Assembly (NCBI GenBank): GCA_011050615.1
Contig: DRFJ01000048.1
Coordinates: forward strand, 1,216 to 65,215
Direction of reading: 5' to 3'
DNA from: Bacteroidota bacterium
Lineage (GTDB): Bacteria > Bacteroidota > Bacteroidia > Bacteroidales > VadinHA17
Length of the DNA stretch: 64,000 bases
In this document: positions 55,758-64,000 of the stretch, piece by piece
Numbering within the stretch: position 1 is the stretch's first letter
Layout of the letters: the number at the start of each line of letters is the position of its first letter
The notes under the pieces: model-generated
Databases searched by the model: none
What the model was told of the DNA's origin: nothing
What the model saw: only the letters and a program-made list of their open reading frames with translations
Program-made: the position numbers and the translations under genes

Positions 55758-58414
55758 ATCACAACATTTATTATTCTTCCTTTAACAATAATTATCCTGC
55801 GGGGTTTATTACCTTCCAGCCACCTTGAAGCTCTTTCATCACCCAGTACGGCATTTTCTATTTCATTGTTTTCCATGTCAAGGGGTAATTCGAGCCTGAA
55901 TCTGAGCTTACCGTTAAATGATACAGGGTATTCAAAGGTATCCTCTTTCAGGTATTTTTCATTCACTTCAGGCCACTCCTCATTGGCCAGGCTTTCCTTA
56001 TTGCCATATGCTTCCCAGAGTTCCTCGGCCAGGTGTGGTGCGAAGGGGTGGAGTATTCTGACAAATGTTTTGGCAGTATCCCTGTTGACTTTGCCCTTTT
56101 TTACAGCAAGGTTTGTAAATATCATAAGCGAAGAAATTGCAGTATTGAACCTGAGATTCTCAATATCATTCTCAACTTTTCTGATAGTTTTATGCAGGGC
56201 CTGCAATATCTCATCACTCTCTGTTTCATCGCTTACACAGGATAAATCTCCGAATAATCTCGCTACCCTTGTCAGAAAACCGAATACGCCTTTTACTCCT
56301 TTTTCATCCCATGGCTTGCTGGCATCGAGCGGGCCCATGAACATTTCATATAATCTGAATGCATCGGCCCCGTATCTTTGAATAATATCATCGGGGTTTA
56401 CAACATTCTTCAATGATTTGGACATCTTAGCCACTATCTGTGTAAGCTCTTCGCCTGTATTCCGGTGAAAATACCTTCCTTCTTTTTCTTCCACAAGATC
56501 GGCCGGTACTTTTGCTCCGGTTTTTGTCTCATAGGCAAACGCCAGTATCATTCCCTGGTTGAATAGTTTAAGGTAGGGTTCATCATGAGAGGTATAAGCC
56601 AGGTCGTAGAGGACCTTATGCCAGAAACGGCTGTACAGAAGGTGGAGGACGGCATGTTCAGCACCTCCTATATAAAGGTCAACCGGCATCCAGTATTTTT
56701 CCTTTTCCTTGCTGAAAATGGCTTTACTGTTATGGGGGTCTATGAAGCGCAGATAATACCAGCATGATCCTGCCCACTGTGGCATAGTGTTTGTCTCCCT
56801 TCTTCCCTTCATCCCATTTTTCCCCGTAACCATAAGCCAGTCGGTGGCATTGGCCAGTGGTGATTCGCCATTCTCACCGGGTTGATATTTCTCCAGTACT
56901 GGCAGTTCAAGGGGTAACTCAGCTTCATCAAGCAGGCTTATGGTGCCGTCTTCCCAGTGTATTACGGGGAAGGGTTCTCCCCAGTACCTTTGCCGGCTGA
57001 AGAGCCAGTCGCGTAACTTGTAGTTAACTGTAGCTTTGCCCAGTTGCCTTGATTCAAGCCATTCAATGGTTTTCTTAATGCCTTCTTCCTTCTTCAGCCC
57101 GTTTATGTCGAGGCCGGTTTTTTTATCGGATGAATTGACATAAGTACCGTCTTCGGTCCAGCATGCCTTTCCTTCCAGAGTTTTTTCCTTCAGTTCCTGA
57201 TCATCCGTATCAGGGTTCATGATACATTCAACCGGTAGTTCATATTTAAGGGCAAATTCAAAATCCCTTTCATCATGTGCGGGAACGGCCATAATTGCCC
57301 CTGTTCCGTAGCCGGTAAGGACATAATCTGCTATCCAGACTGGTATTTTCTTGTTATTGACAGGATTTATAGCGTATGAGCCGGTAAACACACCAGTTTT
57401 TTCCTTGGCAAGGTCGGTACGGTCGAGATCCGATTTGAGGACAGCATCTTTTATATATTTCCTTACTTCTTTTTCTTTTTCACCGGTAGTTAGCCTGGCT
57501 GTCAGTTCGTGTTCCGGTGCCAGTACCATATAAGTGGCACCGAACAGGGTGTCGGGCCGGGTGGTAAAAACGGAAATTATATCTCCTGTATTTTCAACAT
57601 GGAATTTTACCTCTGCACCGGTAGATTTACCTATCCAGTTTCTTTGCTGGTCTTTTATTCCTTCAGGCCAGTCAAGGTCATCTAGTCCGCTGAGCAATCT
57701 TTCGGCATAAAGGGGTATTCTCAGCATCCATTGTTTGAGGTTCATTTTTTCCACCGGGTGACCGCATTTTTCATGCGAACCGTCGGTCAGCACTTCTTCA
57801 TTTGCACATACTATTTTACAGCTTGAGCACCACCATACCAGTGCCTTGTCGTAATAGGCCAGCCGTTTGCCATCAATATAAGACCTGACATAATCATCCC
57901 CCCGGCTCTTTATGTCGGCCGGTACTTCCAGCTCGTTTATATGCCTGCCCTTCTGAAGTTTTTCATCATACCAGGTGTTGTATAACTGAATAAAGATCCA
58001 CTGTGTCCATTTAAAATACCCCGGATCAGTGGTGTTTATTTCCCTGTCCCAGTCATAACTGAGGCCTATGTCCTTGATCTGCCTCCTGAAAGTGTCACAA
58101 TTCTTGTTTGTGATTATTGCCGGATGGGTTCCTGTATCCATGGCAAACTGTTCAGCCGGCAGCCCGAAGGCATCCCAGCCCATAGGATGGAGTACGTTAT
58201 ACCCCTTCATTCTTTTATACCTGGCCATTATATCGCTTGCGGTATATCCTTCGGGGTGGCCAACATGAAGACCTGAACCGGAAGGATAAGGAAACATGTC
58301 AAGGATATAATATTTTTTGGGGTTCTGAAAATCATCAAAAGCCTTGAAGGTTTTGTTCTTTTCCCAGTATTTTTGCCATTTCTTTTCTATTTCCCTGAAT
58401 TTATATTCCATCAC
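55754..58414 (-). CDS. leuS: Leucine--tRNA ligase
   Basis: 886 aa. HIGH motif (HVGHPEGY), KMSKS motif ([11 protein letters not shown]), CP1 editing domain. Confidence 0.95.
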   Translation of the reverse strand: MMEYKFREIEKKWQKYWEKNKTFKAFDDFQNPKKYYILDMFPYPSGSGLHVGHPEGYTASDIMARYKRMKGYNVLHPMGWDAFGLPAEQFAMDTGTHPAIITNKNCDTFRRQIKDIGLSYDWDREINTTDPGYFKWTQWIFIQLYNTWYDEKLQKGRHINELEVPADIKSRGDDYVRSYIDGKRLAYYDKALVWWCSSCKIVCANEEVLTDGSHEKCGHPVEKMNLKQWMLRIPLYAERLLSGLDDLDWPEGIKDQQRNWIGKSTGAEVKFHVENTGDIISVFTTRPDTLFGATYMVLAPEHELTARLTTGEKEKEVRKYIKDAVLKSDLDRTDLAKEKTGVFTGSYAINPVNNKKIPVWIADYVLTGYGTGAIMAVPAHDERDFEFALKYELPVECIMNPDTDDQELKEKTLEGKACWTEDGTYVNSSDKKTGLDINGLKKEEGIKKTIEWLESRQLGKATVNYKLRDWLFSRQRYWGEPFPVIHWEDGTISLLDEAELPLELPVLEKYQPGENGESPLANATDWLMVTGKNGMKGRRETNTMPQWAGSCWYYLRFIDPHNSKAIFSKEKEKYWMPVDLYIGGAEHAVLHLLYSRFWHKVLYDLAYTSHDEPYLKLFNQGMILAFAYETKTGAKVPADLVEEKEGRYFHRNTGEELTQIVAKMSKSLKNVVNPDDIIQRYGADAFRLYEMFMGPLDASKPWDEKGVKGVFGFLTRVARLFGDLSCVSDETESDEILQALHKTIRKVENDIENLRFNTAISSLMIFTNLAVKKGKVNRDTAKTFVRILHPFAPHLAEELWEAYGNKESLANEEWPEVNEKYLKEDTFEYPVSFNGKLRFRLELPLDMENNEIENAVLGDERASRWLEGNKPRRIIIVKGRIINVVI

Positions 58415-58532
58415 GGCAGTTTGATTACGGTAATTATTACGGTTTGCGAAATTAGGAAAAACTTATCAATTATCATTATGGGGCCTGCGCTTTGAAATAT
58501 CAATGGCAGGAGTTAATTTAGCACCCTGTAAT

Positions 58533-58606
58533 GGTTCCGTAGTTCAATTGGATAGAATGACAGATTCCGGTTCTGTTGGTTGGGGGTTCGAGTCCCCCCG
58601 GAATCA
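58533..58606 (+). tRNA. tRNA-Arg (anticodon CCG)
   Basis: Hand-folded cloverleaf, 74 nt. Acceptor GGTTCCG/CGGAATC, D stem GTTC/GAAT, anticodon stem ACAGA/TCTGT with loop TTCCGGT, 5-nt variable loop, T arm GGGGG-TTCGAGT-CCCCC, discriminator A. No encoded CCA. Confidence 0.9.
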
Positions 58607-58673
58607 CTAAAAAGCTGAAAGTAACGACTGAGCACCATGGTTACGTTTCAGGAGAAAGTGTAAAAAATGATAA

Positions 58674-59606
58674 ATGTATAAATATTTATTTGGCCCGGTG
58701 CCGTCAAGGCGCCTGGGAATGTCACTGGGCGTTGACCTGGTACCACGTAAGGTGTGTTCTCTGGACTGTGTGTATTGTGAGGTTGGAAAAACAAGCAAAC
58801 TGACCACCCGGAGAATGGAGTATATACCTTTTAACAAGGTCAGGGATGAACTTATGCATTTTTTTAAAAATAATCCGGATCCCGATTTTATTACTTTTTC
58901 AGGCTCAGGAGAGCCAACACTGAATAACAGGCTTGGTGATGTGCTGACTCTTATCAAAGAGTTAAAACCCGGTGTTCCCGTTGCCGTTCTCACCAATGGC
59001 ACACTGTTGTCAGTCAGGAATGTCCGGGATGAGCTAAAAGGGGCTGATGTGGTACTGCCCTCTCTTGATGCTGCCACGGAAGATACCTTCAGGAGGATAA
59101 ATCGTCCTGCACCGGGGCTTAAAATTGATGAATACATCCAGGGGCTTGTTGATTTCAGAAATGAATACGAGGGGAAAATATACCTTGAGATATTTATATT
59201 ACCGGCTTATAACTATACCGATGGTGAACTGGATGAACTTAAGAAGGCTATAAAAAGAATAAAACCCGATTCGGTTCAACTCAATACACTTGACCGGCCC
59301 GGGACTGTAAGTGGTCTTAAACCTGCCTCAAAAGAAGAACTTGAAAGAATAATCAAATACTGGGGAATGCCCCGGGTTGAAATTATTGCTGCTGCGGTAA
59401 AGAGGAAGGAGTTAAAGTCATACCGTGAAGATGCAGAGGATGCCATAATGGGAATGATATCCAGGCGCCCCTGCACTACTGACGATCTGAGCGAAACACT
59501 GGGGATGCACCTGAGTGAGATCAACAAATATCTTGATGTCCTGGAATCACAGGGGAGGATAAAATCTGCTCGCCAGGAGAGGGGAATTTTTTACAGGCCT
59601 GCCTGA
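58674..59606 (+). CDS. Radical SAM protein with C-terminal winged-helix-like domain
   Basis: 310 aa. FGPVPSRRLGMSLGVDL then the CSLDCVYC (CX3CX2C) cluster motif, GSGEPTL, and C-terminal ...TTDDLSETLGMHLSEINKYLDVLESQGRI. Confidence 0.85.
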   Translation: MYKYLFGPVPSRRLGMSLGVDLVPRKVCSLDCVYCEVGKTSKLTTRRMEYIPFNKVRDELMHFFKNNPDPDFITFSGSGEPTLNNRLGDVLTLIKELKPGVPVAVLTNGTLLSVRNVRDELKGADVVLPSLDAATEDTFRRINRPAPGLKIDEYIQGLVDFRNEYEGKIYLEIFILPAYNYTDGELDELKKAIKRIKPDSVQLNTLDRPGTVSGLKPASKEELERIIKYWGMPRVEIIAAAVKRKELKSYREDAEDAIMGMISRRPCTTDDLSETLGMHLSEINKYLDVLESQGRIKSARQERGIFYRPA

Positions 59607-59638
59607 AAGTTTTTATTATCTCTACCAAGCAACAGACC

Positions 59639-61393
59639 ATGAAAAGAACCCTGAGCCTTGTAATATTTCTAGTCTTTTTTACAGCAATACTGGATGCCCA
59701 GGATGAAGCCATCCTGCCTCTGAAAATTTCTGATCCTCCGGTGATTGACGGAAACATGGATGAGCCTGTGTGGGAAAGCGCTCCTTCAGTGAGCGGCTTT
59801 AAATCATTTATTCCTGACTTTGGCAATGACCTCGATTTTAAAACTGTGGTTTACATGGCCTATGACGAGGAGAACCTGTATTTTGCCTACAGGTGTTATG
59901 ATGATGAACCGGGAAAGATAAAAGCATCGGTAAATTCAAGGGATAATATACTAAATGATGACTGGGTTTGTATAAACCTGGACAGTTTTAATGACCAGCA
60001 GTCCTTATATGCATTTTATATTAATCCTCACGGAATTCAGATGGACAGCAGGTTTGCCTCGGGACAGGAGGACAAGAGCGTAGATTTTGTCTGGTACAGT
60101 GCAGGCTTGATTAATGATGATGGATATACAGTTGAAATACGTCTCCCTCTGAAAAGTATACGTTTCTCAAACAGGGAACCTGTAAAGATGGCAGTATTCT
60201 TTGAGAGAAAAATAAGCAGGCAGGCTATCCACGGATCATACCCCCACATGGACCCTGAAAAGGGCTATGCTTTCCTGACACAGATGAAACCAATGATTTA
60301 TTATGGTGTAAAACATTATACCCTGCTTGAAGTCCTTCCGGCTTTCACCTATGCCTATCGTAATGTACACAGCGACGGTGAGATGAAGAGAGAAGAACGG
60401 AATCCCAGGTTAAGCCTTACCGCAAAATACGGGATAACTTCCCAACTCATACTTGACGGGACACTTAATCCTGATTTCAGCCAGGTGGAAGCAGATGCAG
60501 GTCAGGTTGATGTAAATCTGAGGTATAAGCTTTTCTACCCGGAAAAGCGACCCTTTTTCCTTGAAGGTCATGATAATTTTAATTTTGCTGCAACTCAGGC
60601 TGATGAGCATGATCCTGTGAATACTCTTGTTCATACCAGGACTATAATCAATCCTTATGCAGGTGTTAAGCTCAGCGGCAAGGCAGGGGAGAGGGTAAAC
60701 GTGGCTGCTGTATATGCTGCTGACCGTGTAAGCAGCGGTTCAGACCGGAACTAAACTCACTGGCTCATTTTCCTGTATTCAGGATAAAATACAGCCTGTC
60801 TGATGACAGTTACCTGGGTGTATTTCAGGGGATCTACTTATATCAAAGTTAAAGCTGAATATTCCACTGAGGTATTCATGGGGCAAAGATTTAAGACAGG
60901 AGGTTTCCATTCACTGCTGAATAGCCAGCTTGGGAAGAAAGTTACGCTGGCAGGTTTATACCGGCATCAGGGTTCCGTATATTATCCCGGCGATCCTCCT
61001 TTCCAGGGAATAAGTAATCACCTCCTGTTAATGGGGAACTTCAAACCGTCTGAAAAAATTCATTTTGATGTCAGCTACAGGTATTCAGGTCTTAAACTTG
61101 CCTCAACAGGTGAGTCTGTATATGATTATTCAATACTGCGGGGCAAGCTTACTTTCCAGATTAATAAGTATTTCTTCCTGAGGCTTATAAGCGAGTACAA
61201 CAGTTACAGGGAAGACCTGCTTACTGATTTTCTCGCTTCTTTTACTTATATCCCCGGTACAGTGGTTTATCTTGGTTACGGCTCATTATATGAAAAGCTA
61301 AGATGGGAAGACGGCCGCCACATAACAGATGACCGCTTCCTTGAAACAACGAGGGGCTTCTTCTTTAAATGCTCATACCTGCAACGGTTTTAG
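59639..61393 (+). pseudogene. CBM9-like/DUF5916 outer-membrane protein, disrupted
   Basis: The N-terminal ORF (59639-60754) has a signal peptide, a CBM9-like module and the DUF5916 hallmark NPDFSQVEADAGQVDVNLRYKLFYPEKRPFFLEG. Stops occur at 60752 and about 60782. The expected next motif (LAHFPVFRIKYSLSDDSYLGVFQG) lies in the +1 frame. The C-terminal barrel end resumes in the original frame (60803-61393). Confidence 0.6.
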
Positions 61394-61959
61394 CCTGACT
61401 GCAACATCCTTATACCAGTTATAATACTTGAGGCTGATTCAATGTTCCGAAGAGGTGAGAGAGCGAGCATCTTTCTGACAGAGTTTAGATCAGAAAAAAG
61501 AATATCACCTTTATCATAAAGTATTGTATAGAGTATTGCCGTTTTAAGTGAATTTCCCCTGCTGCGGGCAGTCAGTTCTATATTTCTTCCCGGAAAAATA
61601 TGAAAATATCTTTGTTTATCATCAAGATATTTAAGTACCCAGAGGGATGAATCTGAGAGCCTGAATTTACGGTAGTCTTTTTTGGATTGTGCTATCCATT
61701 CCATGAATGATTTTTGGCTTAAGATATCTTCCTGTTTCCTGAGTAGGTTCAGCTCACTGACAATCTCCTCCAGGTGCAGGCTACCTGTATAAATATCTGC
61801 AACCGATGTTCCAATATGCCTGAGAGCAGGAACAATATCCTTTATAATTTCCTCTTCAGAAAGGATGGAACATTCAGATGTAAATGACCTTATATATCCA
61901 AGGTGATGTTTAAGTGGATTTAAATTGAAGGGTTCCGGTATATTATCCCAGTTATGCAT
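61390..61959 (-). CDS. Hypothetical protein
   Basis: Start moved to MHNWDN... (ATG 61959) because the ORF-track start at 61986 lies inside the upstream terminator hairpin. No recognisable motifs. Confidence 0.45.
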   Translation of the reverse strand: MHNWDNIPEPFNLNPLKHHLGYIRSFTSECSILSEEEIIKDIVPALRHIGTSVADIYTGSLHLEEIVSELNLLRKQEDILSQKSFMEWIAQSKKDYRKFRLSDSSLWVLKYLDDKQRYFHIFPGRNIELTARSRGNSLKTAILYTILYDKGDILFSDLNSVRKMLALSPLRNIESASSIITGIRMLQSG

Positions 61960-61973
61960 AGGTTCCAGACAAA

Positions 61974-62004
61974 AAAGCCCTGACATGTAACAAGTCAGGG
62001 CTTT
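61974..62004 (-). terminator. Rho-independent terminator after exbD
   Basis: On the minus strand: stem AAAGCCCTGAC/GTCAGGGCTTT (11 bp), 9-nt loop, T run (six T including the stem end). Lies 19 nt after the exbD stop. Confidence 0.75.
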
Positions 62005-62022
62005 AATATTTTGCTTGCCAGG

Positions 62023-62508
62023 TTAATCCATGTGAGTGATTTTGTCAACCGGCATATTTGCATACATGATTTTCAAGGCATTAGCCCTTCGTAAGGCTTG
62101 TTTAACTTCGGTCACTATTTGCATTCTTGTCTCCCTGTCTATTTTCAGGGATACAAGCATTTTACCCTGGTCGGACTCATTAAGAGATTCTCTCTCCTGG
62201 ACTATAAAATCCTGAATATCATCTATCTCTTTGAATGCATCATTTAGCTGGATTTTTGGCTCTGAGCCAAATGTAGCCTGGAGTTGAGGCAAGGGTTTCC
62301 CAATATAGATAAAGCTTGCCAGTGATTTTTTCTCCAGTTTTTTCCCCTGAGTGGCGTCAGGTAGTCTGACCGTTATTTTCAGTTCCACCTCCCTCATAAC
62401 TGTTACTGTCATGAAGAAGAACAACAGCATAAACACTATATCAGGTAGTGATGCGGTGTTTATTTTACCAACACCGGCTTTCCCTGTATGTCTTTTGAAT
62501 TTGCTCAT
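62023..62508 (-). CDS. exbD: ExbD/TolR-family biopolymer transport protein
   Basis: Start taken at MSKFKRH... (ATG 62508), 1 nt after the upstream stop. INTASLPDIVFMLLFFFMTV TM helix typical of ExbD. Confidence 0.85.
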   Translation of the reverse strand: MSKFKRHTGKAGVGKINTASLPDIVFMLLFFFMTVTVMREVELKITVRLPDATQGKKLEKKSLASFIYIGKPLPQLQATFGSEPKIQLNDAFKEIDDIQDFIVQERESLNESDQGKMLVSLKIDRETRMQIVTEVKQALRRANALKIMYANMPVDKITHMD

Positions 62509-62509
62509 C

Positions 62510-63094
62510 TTATTCTCCTCCAATCTTTTTAGGTTCTGCTTCTGAGATAGGTGCATTATAATACTCATCCACCGCGGCCATCCTTTCCTCACTCAGATCA
62601 TCATAGGGGATTCCCCAGGTCTGCATCGCCAGGTCATTTCTCACCTCATCCCTTGCAGCAAGGAGCTCATTCTGCACTGCGATGTAAACTCCGTAGGTTG
62701 TACCGTAGTCGTTCTGGAGAGAGATAACAGCCTGTTTAGCTACCCTTACAACACCAAAATAAGGAATATTCTTTTCCACTTTCTCAGGAAGGTCTGCAGC
62801 ATCGTTGGGGTTCAGGATAAATTCCTTGGCAATGTCCTTGAGTTCACCAATCTGGATTATTTCTCCTTCAACCAGAAGCATATTATCCTTATTTACTTTT
62901 ACAACGAGTATATTTCGCTCATGTATTTGCTGATCGTCGCTTTGTTCTTGATCCGGATCCTGCAGGGGCGGGAGTTTTCGCATGAGTCCCGTATCAGTTT
63001 CCATGGTTGTTGTAACAAGGAAAAAGATGAGCAGGAGGAATGCTATATCCGCCAGTGAGCCACCAGGTATATCCGGTACTTCCCGTCTTGCCAT
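62510..63094 (-). CDS. exbD: ExbD/TolR-family biopolymer transport protein
   Basis: 194 aa. N-terminus GGSLADIAFLLLIFFLVTTTM, with a periplasmic domain. Confidence 0.85.
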   Translation of the reverse strand: MARREVPDIPGGSLADIAFLLLIFFLVTTTMETDTGLMRKLPPLQDPDQEQSDDQQIHERNILVVKVNKDNMLLVEGEIIQIGELKDIAKEFILNPNDAADLPEKVEKNIPYFGVVRVAKQAVISLQNDYGTTYGVYIAVQNELLAARDEVRNDLAMQTWGIPYDDLSEERMAAVDEYYNAPISEAEPKKIGGE

Positions 63095-63136
63095 AATTTT
63101 ATTTTTTTTATTCCCGCCGGGGGAGTTTATTAATCA

Positions 63137-63595
63137 CTACTTAAAAATTCTCGAAACCGATGACCATAATATGGCGAGAAAAGCAAGTCCAACAAGGAAA
63201 TAAGCAGTAATCAAACCTGTGCCAACAATTTTAAGGGTACCCGGTTCATTACCTCCGCCAGTATAATGTGGCATTCTCAATACCGTGTCATCAGCCAATA
63301 CGTAAGCGGCTATAATAACCACAGCTGCAATGACAAGAGCTATAATACCTTTCTTAATGCCTTTCGGGTTAATAATAATATTTATTATTGAAAAGACAAG
63401 TGTTAACCCTATTGCAGCAGCGAAAAGTATATAAGCATATGTCAGGAATGTGTTTGTAACAAGCGGTTCTTCAAGTCTGGTCCCTGCGGTTCCTTCTTTC
63501 ACATTGCCAAAATAGAACATAATGGCAAATACGATTGTTACAGCCATGAGCAGCCAGAGAATTATCTGTATTATTCTGCTAGTTAAATTTGACAT
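63137..63595 (-). CDS. Hypothetical four-TM membrane protein within the exb cluster
   Basis: 152 aa with four hydrophobic helices. Lies between the exbB-like and exbD genes. Confidence 0.6.
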   Translation of the reverse strand: MSNLTSRIIQIILWLLMAVTIVFAIMFYFGNVKEGTAGTRLEEPLVTNTFLTYAYILFAAAIGLTLVFSIINIIINPKGIKKGIIALVIAAVVIIAAYVLADDTVLRMPHYTGGGNEPGTLKIVGTGLITAYFLVGLAFLAILWSSVSRIFK

Positions 63596-63600
63596 AGTTT

Positions 63601-64000
63601 TTACTTTTTAAGATTATGCTTAACCAGTATGTCAATGAGTGTTATTGACGAATCTTCCATCTGATTTGTCAGGCTATCTATTTTTGAAAGGATAGTATTA
63701 TAGAATACCTGCAGGATAACTGCAACGATAAGACCTGATACGGTAGTAATAAGGGCTATCTTAATACCTCCTGCAACCAGACCTGCAGAAACGTTACCTG
63801 CCTGCTCAATACTGTCAAAAGCTGCGATCATACCAATAACCGTACCCATGAAACCGAGCATCGGGGCTATTGCTATGAAAAGTGAAATCCAGGAAAGGTT
63901 TTTCTCAAGCAAGCCCATTTGTACACTACCGTATGATATGATGGATTTTTCAGCCATATCGATTCCTTCTTCTGCCCTGTCAAGGCCCTGGTAGAATATG
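63601..64000 (-). CDS. exbB: MotA/TolQ/ExbB proton-channel protein, C-terminal part (5' end beyond window)
   Basis: The frame stays open to the window edge (...IFYQGLDRAEEGIDMAEKS...). Conserved IAPMLGFMGTVIGMIAAF and GIKIALITTVSGLIVA helices. Confidence 0.8.
   Translation of the reverse strand, partial: IFYQGLDRAEEGIDMAEKSIISYGSVQMGLLEKNLSWISLFIAIAPMLGFMGTVIGMIAAFDSIEQAGNVSAGLVAGGIKIALITTVSGLIVAVILQVFYNTILSKIDSLTNQMEDSSITLIDILVKHNLKK

Noticed and set aside
58415-58470. Short direct repeat ATTACGGT x2 upstream of leuS.
   Set aside because: It is only 8 bp with two copies, which is compatible with chance in AT-rich DNA. There is no supporting structure.

Overview
This window looks like a chromosomal segment from a member of the Bacteroidota. 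Supporting marks are a bifunctional LpxC/FabZ gene, a T9SS C-terminal sorting domain, a GSCFA protein, the sigma-54 activator-LptE-SecG synteny, TAnnTTTG-type promoter motifs and an AT-rich genome. All family calls come from motif recognition by eye; no database search or alignment was run.

Most of the window (15-64 kb) is ordinary housekeeping: HD hydrolase-lpxD-lpxC/fabZ-lpxA, sufBCDSE-sufT-queG, groES/groEL, lepA, secG, lptE, acpP-fabF-rnc, purN, leuS, tRNA-Arg(CCG), an OmpR-type two-component pair, two ECF-type sigma factors and an exbB-exbD-exbD cluster.

The left 15 kb is the unusual part. It is a tightly packed minus-strand operon: ABC ATPase, then an ABC-2 permease fused to an approximately 850-aa M1-aminopeptidase-like ectodomain without HExxH, then a TolC-like OMF, an MFP lipoprotein and an RND permease. 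The sixth gene is a 1578-aa ORF in which a complete RND permease is fused through six extra predicted TM helices to a full ABC ATPase. The first beta-strand of that ATPase is separated from its Walker A by a four-helix membrane insertion. A further permease gene begins just before the window edge.

Secondary observations:
- Several decayed or frameshifted genes: a HigA-like remnant, a tail-fibre-like remnant, a HEAT lipoprotein, a small secreted protein and a CBM9/DUF5916 barrel.
- A tandem hairpin repeat with a sigma-54-like promoter motif that may encode a small RNA.
- A nearly cargo-less T9SS CTD protein.
- A few palindromes and direct repeats in intergenic DNA.

No CRISPR array, rRNA, transposase or integrase was seen.
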